Below are positions 30,506 to 38,877 of a stretch of 61,525 nt of DNA, piece by piece. Numbering within the stretch: the stretch's first letter is position 1; each line of letters starts with the position of its first letter. Source of the stretch: a virus (taxonomy: Duplodnaviria > Caudoviricetes); the IMG/VR virus record IMGVR_UViG_3300030708_002846, positions 1 to 61,525 of that record, one strand, 5' to 3'. The position numbers and the translations under genes are program-made. The notes under the pieces are model-generated. The model saw only the letters and a program-made list of their open reading frames with translations. It ran no database searches and was not told where the DNA came from.

Positions 30506-31026
30506 TTTAATAAGTCGCCATAGTACTCAATTGAACTTGGATTTGATAAATTAATATCAGCTGAGTCATGTTTAATAAATTTTCCTTGATAAGCTGAAAT
30601 AGAATCTAATTTATTTGCTTGTTTTTTGTGGGTTGCAGATGCTTTATGTAATCCTTTTGCAACTTCTTTAATCTTAGCCTCTCCACCTATTTTTTTAGCT
30701 GGAGGTTTATTAAGTATTTCTGCACCTTTTATAAGAATATCAAATAAACCGTCACCATCTGATTTAGGAAAATTTCTTTTTCTTGGACCATATTTTTTAA
30801 CATCCTTTTTTCTTTTTTCTTTTCTTAAATCTTTCAAATCTGAATTTGTTTCTATTAGAATACCTGTTTTTGCTTTCTTCGGTCCCCAATCTTTTCTTTT
30901 TGTACCCGATGGATCTTTTATTTTGCCCGCACAAATCTTACTAGCATATGCATTCGCGTATGCACTGGGATATACCTTAAATTTTCTTTTAGCGGCCGCT
31001 TTGCCTCTAGCACATAGTTTTGTCAT
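30502..31026 (-). CDS. basic conserved phage protein
   Basis: AKRKFKVYPSAYAN motif; ends YYGDLLK. Confidence 0.7.
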   Translation of the reverse strand: MTKLCARGKAAAKRKFKVYPSAYANAYASKICAGKIKDPSGTKRKDWGPKKAKTGILIETNSDLKDLRKEKRKKDVKKYGPRKRNFPKSDGDGLFDILIKGAEILNKPPAKKIGGEAKIKEVAKGLHKASATHKKQANKLDSISAYQGKFIKHDSADINLSNPSSIEYYGDLLK

Positions 31027-31147
31027 AGTGTCTTAGCCTTTTTCGGTTGTACAACTTCTTTGATTGTACCACTTTTTGTTTGAACAGTAAACTTCCCACT
31101 CTAAGCAATTTAGCAATAGGATTTCTCTTTTTTTCTTTATTTTTCAT
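31007..31147 (-). CDS. 46-aa ArfA-like basic peptide; not in ORF track
   Basis: manual translation MKNKEKKRNPIAKLLRVGSLLFKQKVVQSKKLYNRKRLRHYDKTMC; ATGA overlap with upstream gene. Confidence 0.55.
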   Translation of the reverse strand: MKNKEKKRNPIAKLLRVGSLLFKQKVVQSKKLYNRKRLRHYDKTMC

Positions 31148-31686
31148 CTTAATCTTGGTCCTTTAAAAAATATTACCAGAGTTCTTCTCGATCCGTAAGT
31201 GACAGGTAATACTTTGTGAGGATGATAAGATTTAAATAAAATTGCGTCACCGCCCTGTGAAAATTCAGATATTTTATTCTTTTGATGTATTAGTTGAAAC
31301 TCTCCTCCCTCGTAATTTGTTTCAGAAAGATTGATAATAAAGGTAAGTTTTAAATCAAACGGTTTATCTCTTTCACCATCCACATGCCAATCATATTCTC
31401 CTTTTTCAGAACCATCATAATCATTAAGAGTTGCAAATTCGTTAGGTGTAATTTCAAATATATCCATTCCAAAGTTAAAAGAGTTAACAGTTACTGCTGC
31501 ATTAATACAAGGTTTTATTTCTTCCCAAATGTGACCTAATTGAATTGTTTTAACATTTGTAATTTTAGTCGTATTAGCAGCGCGTCTATCCTCACAATCC
31601 TCAACATAATGATTAATTTTTTGATTAAGTTTTATTATATCTTGTGGTGATATTATTTTATTCCAATACCAATAGGTGAAAGACAT
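31144..31686 (-). CDS. 2OG-Fe(II) oxygenase (PKHD-like)
   Basis: YDWHVD, YEGGEF, HKVLPVTYGSRRTLV. Confidence 0.88.
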   Translation of the reverse strand: MSFTYWYWNKIISPQDIIKLNQKINHYVEDCEDRRAANTTKITNVKTIQLGHIWEEIKPCINAAVTVNSFNFGMDIFEITPNEFATLNDYDGSEKGEYDWHVDGERDKPFDLKLTFIINLSETNYEGGEFQLIHQKNKISEFSQGGDAILFKSYHPHKVLPVTYGSRRTLVIFFKGPRLR

Positions 31687-32252
31687 TAATTATAATTAAA
31701 AGAAAAAGACATTCTTTTATCCTCTGTTAAATTTGGTTTTACTCTATGTTTTAACCAACTTGGAAACAAAATCAATAGGTTATCTTCAGGAACAACAAAA
31801 TACTTTGAGGAATTATATATATTATATTCTTTATGTTTAATTTTTTGTAAATGATATTCAATGGTTTCAAAATCATTTACAAATTCAATTGCACCAGAAT
31901 CTTTTTTTGTTTGTACATAAAACACACCAGATATAAGAGAATTTATATGACAATGAAGTATATTATAATTTCCAAAGTAATTTATGTTAGCCCATAAATT
32001 GTCAAGTTTTGTATTTTCAATATTAAAAACTTTTTTAAATATTTCTACATTCTTATTTAACTCTTTAATTAATTCTTGAACTTCTTCTTGTTTGTTATCT
32101 AAGTCGTTCGATTGAAAACCACCTTCATTAGATATTACTCTTTTGTTATTCTGTCTTTCTAAATTTTCAATATACAATTTTAATGTATCTAAATTTAGAT
32201 TTAATTTTTTAATATAAATAGGAGTGCTAAAAATGTTTATTACTTCATTCAT
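31686..32252 (-). CDS. 2OG-Fe(II) oxygenase (HxH type)
   Basis: WANIN...HCH..SLISGVFY...FPSWLKHRV.PN...RMSFSFN. Confidence 0.88.
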   Translation of the reverse strand: MNEVINIFSTPIYIKKLNLNLDTLKLYIENLERQNNKRVISNEGGFQSNDLDNKQEEVQELIKELNKNVEIFKKVFNIENTKLDNLWANINYFGNYNILHCHINSLISGVFYVQTKKDSGAIEFVNDFETIEYHLQKIKHKEYNIYNSSKYFVVPEDNLLILFPSWLKHRVKPNLTEDKRMSFSFNYN

Positions 32253-32712
32253 GAGTTTTAAAGGCTATTGATATTCTTGGTAAACTTGAATTTGAAGCTA
32301 ATCCTCTATGTGATAATTCTGATGGAAAAGCTATTAGTTGATTTTGAATAAAATTTATCTTTTTATCTTTTATTTCTAAACATCCTTCTCCTTTTTGTAA
32401 TGTATCTGAAACCATAAGTAAGTATGTCGTTGTTCCATTATCTTGATGCCATGAACCACTCATGTCGGAGTGTTGAATATTTGCATAAGCTTCAATTACT
32501 TTTATATTTTTCTTAAAAGTTTTAATTAACTTAAAATGTAAAAATTCAAGATCTTCTTTTTTCAAGTCTGATCTATAAAATTGTTTGTGTTTTGGATCTG
32601 ATATTATAGATTTTTCACCATAATAATGAGGGTAATTATAGAGTATTTTATAATGTAAATATTTTATATAATCATCATCTAACCAATCATTTATGCAAAC
32701 TATGTTAGACAT
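32245..32712 (-). CDS. 2OG-Fe(II) oxygenase
   Basis: WHQD...FPSELSHRG...RISIAFK. Confidence 0.8.
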   Translation of the reverse strand: MSNIVCINDWLDDDYIKYLHYKILYNYPHYYGEKSIISDPKHKQFYRSDLKKEDLEFLHFKLIKTFKKNIKVIEAYANIQHSDMSGSWHQDNGTTTYLLMVSDTLQKGEGCLEIKDKKINFIQNQLIAFPSELSHRGLASNSSLPRISIAFKTHE

Positions 32713-33203
32713 TAAAAATAATTAAAATTTATGACTATCCTGTTTGGTGTAGAAAGCTGAGTTTTAACTCTATGTTGTGTCTCACTTGGAAATATAACTA
32801 TTCTATTTTCTTCTGATTGAACAAATTCATTAGTATCTTTAAATTCTGTTCCACCATCATTAGAATTTACATAAAGAACTGCAGTGGTTGCACCCTTTAA
32901 TTTATTATCAGTATGCCAATTAGAATAATATCTTTCACCAGTTCTTAAATACATGTTAGCTCTCACACTAATAGTCGCTGCAACTTTTAATCTTTCTAAA
33001 CACTCCACTATGAAAGGATCATAAAATGGAGAGTTAATTGTATTTTTGTGAAAAAAAATATGAGCAAAATAAAAATTATCAGGATTTTTACCAGTCTGTA
33101 CCATGTGTTTTTGATAAAACCAATTTATATCACTGCTCGTTAGAATGTTTCTAAACTGATTCCACTTAGATCTTTCTATGAAATTGTCAATTACTTGAAG
33201 CAT
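32712..33203 (-). CDS. 2OG-Fe(II) oxygenase
   Basis: WHTD...DGGTEF...FPSETQH...RIVINFN. Confidence 0.85.
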   Translation of the reverse strand: MLQVIDNFIERSKWNQFRNILTSSDINWFYQKHMVQTGKNPDNFYFAHIFFHKNTINSPFYDPFIVECLERLKVAATISVRANMYLRTGERYYSNWHTDNKLKGATTAVLYVNSNDGGTEFKDTNEFVQSEENRIVIFPSETQHRVKTQLSTPNRIVINFNYF

Positions 33204-33214
33204 ATTAAATCCAT

Positions 33215-33352
33215 TTAAGCTGTAAAAGTTTTGCTTAATGGATTTTTTTTATTTTTTTTTGCGTATAATTTCTTTTTGTCTTTTTTCTTATCTTTAGCGC
33301 CTCTTAATTGACCCTCAACTTGCTTTGTCATCTGTGATCTTGTTATTGCCAT
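33215..33352 (-). CDS. 45-aa basic peptide with capsid-like N-terminus; not in ORF track
   Basis: manual translation MAITRSQMTKQVEGQLRGAKDKKKDKKKLYAKKNKKNPLSKTFTA; TAATG coupling. Confidence 0.65.
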   Translation of the reverse strand: MAITRSQMTKQVEGQLRGAKDKKKDKKKLYAKKNKKNPLSKTFTA

Positions 33353-33828
33353 TAAACTAAATCCTTTGCTTTTCCTATAATAGGTTTGTATTTAGTTTTA
33401 CCATCAGATTTATAAGCATGCAAGAATTGTTTTCTTGGTTGATCGGGGGTATAGCTGCAATGTATCCAGCCACTGTTTGGCTCACCAGGAGTGTAGAACT
33501 CCAATATCAATTGATCATAGTCTAGGTTTTGGTTGATCCAATCAGCTAGCTCTGCATTGTCTGTACCCATCACTTCAAAATCGGCCGCCTCGGCTTTTGC
33601 ATGCTGGCTGTTGATTGAGCTACCTATTTTTACACACAGTTGTTCGCTCCGAAATCCGCTAGTGACTTTTACTCTGCCAAAGTGATCACGTACAGGCTGT
33701 AAAATATTTTCACAAAGAGCTTTTAATTTTTCAATCTGACCTGAGTTTGGATTATTATTTATGTCCAATCTGATTGCTGTGTCTGATTTGATTAACTCTT
33801 GAAGAGTAAAATTACGTGAAAGATTCAT
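33352..33828 (-). CDS. peptidase M15A family endolysin
   Basis: LSRNFTL.E, TSGFRS, SQH...AAD, WIHCS Zn motifs. Confidence 0.88.
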   Translation of the reverse strand: MNLSRNFTLQELIKSDTAIRLDINNNPNSGQIEKLKALCENILQPVRDHFGRVKVTSGFRSEQLCVKIGSSINSQHAKAEAADFEVMGTDNAELADWINQNLDYDQLILEFYTPGEPNSGWIHCSYTPDQPRKQFLHAYKSDGKTKYKPIIGKAKDLV

Positions 33829-33835
33829 AAATCTC

Positions 33836-34048
33836 CTATTCTATTATTAATTTTTTTATTGATTTTGATCCATCAATATTATCTTCTAATTCAGCAGAAC
33901 CCTTCCAACATTTGTAGGTTACTGATTCACTAAACTGTCTCTCCGCGTGGCGCTTCCCTCGGAGACAACCAGCCATGTTTTCTTGCAAACGAGCTTCCTT
34001 GATCTCTGCGTTTACAAACATAAGTAAAGCTACTACAGACTCAATCAT
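33836..34048 (-). CDS. small exported-like protein (lysis region)
   Basis: hydrophobic N-terminus; two Cys. Confidence 0.55.
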   Translation of the reverse strand: MIESVVALLMFVNAEIKEARLQENMAGCLRGKRHAERQFSESVTYKCWKGSAELEDNIDGSKSIKKLIIE

Positions 34049-34473
34049 TGTGAATAACTCCCATTACCATTGTATTTCATATCCCTGTTTGAATCTTTTA
34101 GTTTTTCGATATCATCCAAAACCTTATCCATTTGCTTTCTTAAAAACTCGATGTTTACTTTATTTAAAGCCATTGATTCGATATGTTTGTTTAACTTATC
34201 CGTGGTCTTGTACAAATCCTCGATCATCATGAATTGCTCAGAATCAGCGGGCAATGAACCTAGTTGTCCACGTGGCCATTTGATTCTAAACTCTGTATTC
34301 TCTTCAAGATCTTTCTCCATTAATTGTATACGAGTGTCTGCAACATTAAGACGTTCTACAATTTGAAAATAACCCATCGTTCCAAGTGCTACGATAACGA
34401 TCAAACTAGCAACCGTCTTCATAGGCATCTGTACTCGTGCCTCTTCTCCAATGTTGAGTGGTTTATTGGACAT
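34045..34473 (-). CDS. membrane-anchored coiled-coil protein (spanin/holin candidate)
   Basis: N-terminal TM helix then coiled coil; upstream of endolysin. Confidence 0.55.
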   Translation of the reverse strand: MSNKPLNIGEEARVQMPMKTVASLIVIVALGTMGYFQIVERLNVADTRIQLMEKDLEENTEFRIKWPRGQLGSLPADSEQFMMIEDLYKTTDKLNKHIESMALNKVNIEFLRKQMDKVLDDIEKLKDSNRDMKYNGNGSYSQ

Positions 34474-34628
34474 TAAATACCCTGCATTCGAGGATCATTA
34501 GACAAGATATTTTTTACAGCTTTTGGTCTTGCTATAGAATCTGCACTTCTTTTTCTCAATTGTGCTACAGCAGACTTCTTCAACTGTATTTGTTTCTTGA
34601 TCAATTTTAGATCTCTTTCTAAATTCAT
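34473..34628 (-). CDS. 51-aa basic hypothetical; not in ORF track
   Basis: manual translation MNLERDLKLIKKQIQLKK...DPRMQGI; coupled to neighbours. Confidence 0.5.
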   Translation of the reverse strand: MNLERDLKLIKKQIQLKKSAVAQLRKRSADSIARPKAVKNILSNDPRMQGI

Positions 34629-34723
34629 TTCTTTTTCTTCTTTTTGCTTATGAATACATTATCTATCCATTGGCATACTTTGTCTAGAGCCCCAAAAAAG
34701 CCATACATAAACTTATCTATCAT
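34625..34723 (-). CDS. 32-aa peptide; not in ORF track
   Basis: manual translation MIDKFMYGFFGALDKVCQWIDNVFISKKKKRK; ATGA overlaps at both ends. Confidence 0.5.
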   Translation of the reverse strand: MIDKFMYGFFGALDKVCQWIDNVFISKKKKKK

Positions 34724-35361
34724 TCTTTTTTTTCCATTTCATAAAACATTTTGTCCGTATCTTCTGTAACCATGTCGTTATCTTCTGCGTCCCAGTATGT
34801 AGTTTGAACTGAGTAATCTGGCCAGCTGTCATCAGTAGTATAACTGTTAATGTGCCAAAGAATACGATTATTAGGCTGAGCTGCATAATTCCCGTTAGAA
34901 AGAGCCAATATATGCGCACACTTATGTTCTTGAGGTATTTCAGAATGTTCTGTATCCAAGATATTAACGTCTGGATGAGCCCAATCAATTGTAAATAAAT
35001 ATTTGCCATGATAAAATTTTTTATCTAAGCCTAAATATTTTCCGTTTACACCATCCAGCCAATCAAAACAAGTAACACTAGGCCAATAGCTAAAACTATT
35101 CCACAATTCCAATTCATGCGTTTGCATATCTGGCACACTGGATCTATCAAAATTTTTTTGAAAAAATGCTGATATAGGTAAACGCCAAAAGCATGCACCG
35201 TTTGGTAGCATGATGTTAAATAAGAGCGCACGTCCTGATATGGATGTAAGACCGAAGACCACACAGTCTTCACTTTCGCCATGATGTTTTTTAAGGTCAT
35301 AAAGATACTCCTTTCTTACTTTACAATATATTGGAGGTAAATTTGCGTTCAGATAGGCCAT
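34720..35361 (-). CDS. conserved marine phage protein
   Basis: YLNAN.P; RLPISAF; HKC.H; GNYAAQPNNRI. Confidence 0.75.
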   Translation of the reverse strand: MAYLNANLPPIYCKVRKEYLYDLKKHHGESEDCVVFGLTSISGRALLFNIMLPNGACFWRLPISAFFQKNFDRSSVPDMQTHELELWNSFSYWPSVTCFDWLDGVNGKYLGLDKKFYHGKYLFTIDWAHPDVNILDTEHSEIPQEHKCAHILALSNGNYAAQPNNRILWHINSYTTDDSWPDYSVQTTYWDAEDNDMVTEDTDKMFYEMEKKE

Positions 35362-35458
35362 GTTTATATTTTGTCCTCCAATATTCTTTTCTTTCTAACA
35401 ATCTAATTTTATATTCTAATTTACTTATTCCAAGTAATTTTTTAAAAAATTCTAACAT
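35321..35458 (-). CDS. 45-aa hypothetical; not in ORF track
   Basis: manual translation MLEFFKKLLGISKLEYKIRLLERK...; fills the intergenic gap. Confidence 0.45.
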   Translation of the reverse strand: MLEFFKKLLGISKLEYKIRLLERKEYWRTKYKHGLSERKFTSNIL

Positions 35459-35772
35459 TTCCATCTTCTTCTTGCAGCGCATATTCTCTTTTCAGGAGTT
35501 TTTTTACAATTCACATTATGCATTTTCATTTGTCCCGCACTTCTTGCACAATATGATTTACGTCTTTTTGCTGCTTTAGATCCTTTTTTAACTTTACCTG
35601 TTACTGCAGTTTTAAGTTTTGATCCAGGGTTCATTCTTCTATATGCACGAACGCCTGCAGCGGTCATACCTGCACCTGATTTAGTTGATCTAAAATTTTT
35701 TTTATTTCGCGCAGGCATTCCTCCCTTTGCGAAACCATCAATCTCTATACCTAAATCAGCATAGTAATCCAT
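35452..35772 (-). CDS. basic conserved phage protein
   Basis: FAKGG; NPGSKLKTAVTG; RRKSYCARSAGQ. Confidence 0.7.
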   Translation of the reverse strand: MDYYADLGIEIDGFAKGGMPARNKKNFRSTKSGAGMTAAGVRAYRRMNPGSKLKTAVTGKVKKGSKAAKRRKSYCARSAGQMKMHNVNCKKTPEKRICAARRRWKC

Positions 35773-35779
35773 TTTAAAC

Positions 35780-36100
35780 CTAAACTGTTAATCCAGCGCC
35801 TGAATATTTATCTGTAAGCAAAGTATATGCAGTCACTTTAGTTTTTGTTTTACAAAAAATTCCTTTTGGAAAAAGAATTCCATCTTCAGGAAAGTTAAAG
35901 TTAATAACATCTCCAGATGGTACATCTGCTTGAAACAAAGTTGCTCCTGCATTAGATGTAGTTGTAAGTTCTAAAGTTCCAGCTCCTGTTCCATCAGAAG
36001 CAATTATGATTCCTCTTAATCTTACAGGTGGTTCGATAATAGCTGTAGCCCCTGCCGCAGCAGTAGATCTTGTAGCTTGTATATCACTTTTAAATGCCAT
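35780..36100 (-). CDS. putative structural protein
   Basis: PEDGILF motif; AGGAG SD; head operon. Confidence 0.65.
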   Translation of the reverse strand: MAFKSDIQATRSTAAAGATAIIEPPVRLRGIIIASDGTGAGTLELTTTSNAGATLFQADVPSGDVINFNFPEDGILFPKGIFCKTKTKVTAYTLLTDKYSGAGLTV

Positions 36101-36115
36101 TTGTTCTCCTAGTTT

Positions 36116-36135
36116 GTGGCTCCCGAAGGAGCCAC
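36116..36135 (-). other. cUUCGg RNA hairpin
   Basis: GTGGCTCC-TTCG-GGAGCCAC on - strand, directly before the SD; no U tract. Confidence 0.7.
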
Positions 36136-36145
36136 TAATTTAATA

Positions 36146-36688
36146 TTATGCAATAGTTGCAATTGGAGTTGATAAAGTCTCAGCTTTGTAAGTTGAGTTA
36201 GTACCATCATCCTTAATGCAAGTTAATCTTACTCTTGCGTTCACAGCAGTTGTCGCTGGTAAAGTTAGAGTATCACCTGCAACGTCACTCGCTGGGTTAG
36301 CAGCTGTTCCACCCATTAATGAAAGAGCACCAAAAAAATTTGATACACCTGAACCAGGTAAAACAAAAGTAACAGTTTTTCCAGAACCTACAGCAGTTGT
36401 TACAAAAAACTCGTAAGTGTTTCCAACGTTTGCTGTGCTTAAAGCTGGCATATTAACAACGATATCATCTGTTCCATCTACTTCAAAAATAGTTCCTGAT
36501 TGAGCAGTAGTTAAAGTTGTAGTTACAGCCGCACCTGTGTTTAAAGTCGTGTTATCTACTGTTGTTCTAAAGTTTGGTCTAGCATCATATGTAGCTTCGA
36601 CTGTAATAGCACCTGTCGTGCTATTTTTTGTTATTTGTTCGAAACCATTTTCCGATCGTACTGGTCCCGAAAAAGTTGTATTTGCCAT
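36146..36688 (-). CDS. capsid-associated / decoration protein
   Basis: MANTTFSGPVRS N-terminus; Thr-rich; follows the capsid gene. Confidence 0.6.
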   Translation of the reverse strand: MANTTFSGPVRSENGFEQITKNSTTGAITVEATYDARPNFRTTVDNTTLNTGAAVTTTLTTAQSGTIFEVDGTDDIVVNMPALSTANVGNTYEFFVTTAVGSGKTVTFVLPGSGVSNFFGALSLMGGTAANPASDVAGDTLTLPATTAVNARVRLTCIKDDGTNSTYKAETLSTPIATIA

Positions 36689-36701
36689 AATTTTCTCCTT
36701 T

Positions 36702-36767
36702 GTATAGCTTTAATTATGTCGTCTCTATACCGTCTGCCTAGTCAGTCGACATAATAGTTACTCTAGG
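36702..36767 (-). ncRNA. structured RNA downstream of major capsid gene (possibly Mu-gpT-DE-like motif)
   Basis: three interleaved complementary pairs ATTATGTCG/CGACATAAT, CCTAG/CTAGG, GTATAG/CTATAC; TATAAT just upstream. Confidence 0.6.
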
Positions 36768-36783
36768 TTTTTATATTATACAT

Positions 36784-36814
36784 AAAAAAAGGGGCGATGT
36801 AAAACACCGCCCCT
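36784..36814 (-). terminator. intrinsic terminator after major capsid gene
   Basis: GGGGCGGTGT-TTT-ACATCGCCCC followed by T7. Confidence 0.85.
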
Positions 36815-36839
36815 CTTAGTACTATCTTGTAATTAGTAA

Positions 36840-37757
36840 TTACGCAGCACCTGGAGATCCGAAGATTCCTCTAGGGTCAGAGAAGCCGAAGCTGTATCTT
36901 TCTCTAGCTTTGAATCTAACGTTTCCAGTGTCGAAATCACCTTCGATCGCTGTTTTAACAGGCGATCTTACAAAATGTTTCAAACCGTTAGGTGCATCAG
37001 TTAGAATGAAGAAAGCATCAGTATCAGTCAAGAAGTGATTTACTCTGTATCCTTCAGGAATCATACCCATGTTCATCATTGCATTGATGTCATTATCTGC
37101 AGTTCCAACTCTTTGAGGTGACTTCATAATTCTCTCAGCAGTAAATTGTAATTCTTTTGGAATTATCATTTTTCTACCTTGAAGAGCAATTTTTAGTCCT
37201 CTTTCGTCTACGAACGCTGCGATATCAATTAACGCTTGCTCTAAAGATGTTTCCGATAAGTCAGAAGCTGTAGAAAGTTCATTTCTGAAAGTTCCACCGT
37301 TTGCTAATGGGTGATCAGTAGTCATAAGTGCTTTACCGTCTCCACCATTATGTGCTCCACTTGTGTCGAAACCATTGTTTAGAATGTTCGCTGCAGTGAT
37401 TTGTTTTGATTGTGACATTGATCTTGCAAGAGCTCTTGTGTATCTGCCAGCTAATCTGTCGTATAGGTTATCTTCAATAGCCTCTTCAGTTATAGCAAAT
37501 CCTAATGCTACAGTGTTGTGAGTGTATCTTGAAGTATACGCTTCAGTAGCTTGATCCATAGTGACCATAGCGCCTTCAGCTTTTGTAGCTGCAGTGCCAA
37601 AGCCAGATAACATTACTTCTTCTTCAAACGCTCTGTCTGAAGTTTCAGTAGCAAAGATCTCAGCATGTTCATTGTCGTATCTATTATATTCCAGGCCAAA
37701 TAGTGCATTTAAACCTGGCTCTAGTTCTTTAACTAGTTGTGATCGTGATATAGCCAT
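36840..37757 (-). CDS. major capsid protein (Mu gpT-like, HK97 fold)
   Basis: MAISRSQLVKELEPGLNALFG; EEAIEDNLY; RERYSFG..DPRG; followed by terminator. Confidence 0.88.
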   Translation of the reverse strand: MAISRSQLVKELEPGLNALFGLEYNRYDNEHAEIFATETSDRAFEEEVMLSGFGTAATKAEGAMVTMDQATEAYTSRYTHNTVALGFAITEEAIEDNLYDRLAGRYTRALARSMSQSKQITAANILNNGFDTSGAHNGGDGKALMTTDHPLANGGTFRNELSTASDLSETSLEQALIDIAAFVDERGLKIALQGRKMIIPKELQFTAERIMKSPQRVGTADNDINAMMNMGMIPEGYRVNHFLTDTDAFFILTDAPNGLKHFVRSPVKTAIEGDFDTGNVRFKARERYSFGFSDPRGIFGSPGAA

Positions 37758-37772
37758 AATTTATTTCTCCTA

Positions 37773-38351
37773 TTATAAGCCTGTGCCTTGATCGTAGAAA
37801 TGGTTATTAATTCTAACCAATACATCTACGTTCGCGCTTCCAGCTTCCGAATTACTCGTGTCTTGTGAGATATCGATCGCTTGAAGAACAGTTCCACTTG
37901 TAGTTAAACCAGATACACTGTGGTCCAATTGAACTTCAGATATACCTGTTAAAGTGTTTCCTGTTACGTTAGTGATTGCAAAGTTTTTGAAGATGTCTGC
38001 TACAGCAAACGCACCATCAGAATCTATCGAATAGACTACACTTGGATCATCAATTACGTTAGCAACGATATCACTCGCTACAATCGATCCAGGATAGTAG
38101 TTCTTAAACGTAGGCTTCTGAGTAGTAGGGTCTGTGTAAAACACTCCGTTAAAAACGCCAAGGACTTTATCGGAAGTAGCAGCAACTGCTCTTTCGATTC
38201 CACCACCAGTTACAGGTTTTACCAAGTCACCTTGGAAAATTGCAGTACCATAGTTACTTGCAATTCTGTATCTGTTTTGTGCGTTTATAAATGGAGAGCC
38301 ATCCAACTTTCTTACGGGTCTTAATCCGTATTTCTCAGCAGTATTTGCCAT
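37773..38351 (-). CDS. minor capsid / head decoration protein
   Basis: YGLRP..IFQGD.V..GVFNG..DDP motif; directly upstream of capsid gene. Confidence 0.65.
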   Translation of the reverse strand: MANTAEKYGLRPVRKLDGSPFINAQNRYRIASNYGTAIFQGDLVKPVTGGGIERAVAATSDKVLGVFNGVFYTDPTTQKPTFKNYYPGSIVASDIVANVIDDPSVVYSIDSDGAFAVADIFKNFAITNVTGNTLTGISEVQLDHSVSGLTTSGTVLQAIDISQDTSNSEAGSANVDVLVRINNHFYDQGTGL

Positions 38352-38405
38352 GTTTTTTCTCCTTTATAAGTTACAATTTACTTTGGGGAGGTTATTGTCA
38401 CAAAA

Positions 38406-38876
38406 TTAGGACTTATTCCCACCACCAAAAGTTACGCGAGATTGTCTATTAATATTAATAGGCATCTCAGGTCGTTGTTCCTTCATGACATCGTTATCTA
38501 CCATGTCTACTCTGTCTTGAGTAATTCTTTTGAAATACTCAGCACGGCTTTTTGCGATTTCTTCAGGTATCCTTCCCAACACAAGGCCAGCAACCCCGAT
38601 CAAACCTGCGTATTGTCCTTGTCGAATTACAGGGTAAGCATGATCACCTAATTGATTTTTAATCTCTTCGGCTCTCACAAATTCCCATCCTTCTCGCATT
38701 TTCTTAGATACGTTAGCCGCATCTTGAAAACCCATTGACTCGGTTCTTATCCATCTATGGACATAACCGTCTGGCGCAGGTGGTGCATCCAGAGATGATG
38801 GTGGCGCCCAAGGTTTATTTCTTTGTTCTTTAACCTCGTTTGACGCGCGTGAAGTTCTATTTATTTTTTCGCTCAT
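38406..38876 (-). CDS. conserved head-module protein
   Basis: WAPPSSLDAP.APDG..HRWIR; REGWEFV. Confidence 0.7.
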   Translation of the reverse strand: MSEKINRTSRASNEVKEQRNKPWAPPSSLDAPPAPDGYVHRWIRTESMGFQDAANVSKKMREGWEFVRAEEIKNQLGDHAYPVIRQGQYAGLIGVAGLVLGRIPEEIAKSRAEYFKRITQDRVDMVDNDVMKEQRPEMPININRQSRVTFGGGNKS

Positions 38877-38877
38877 A

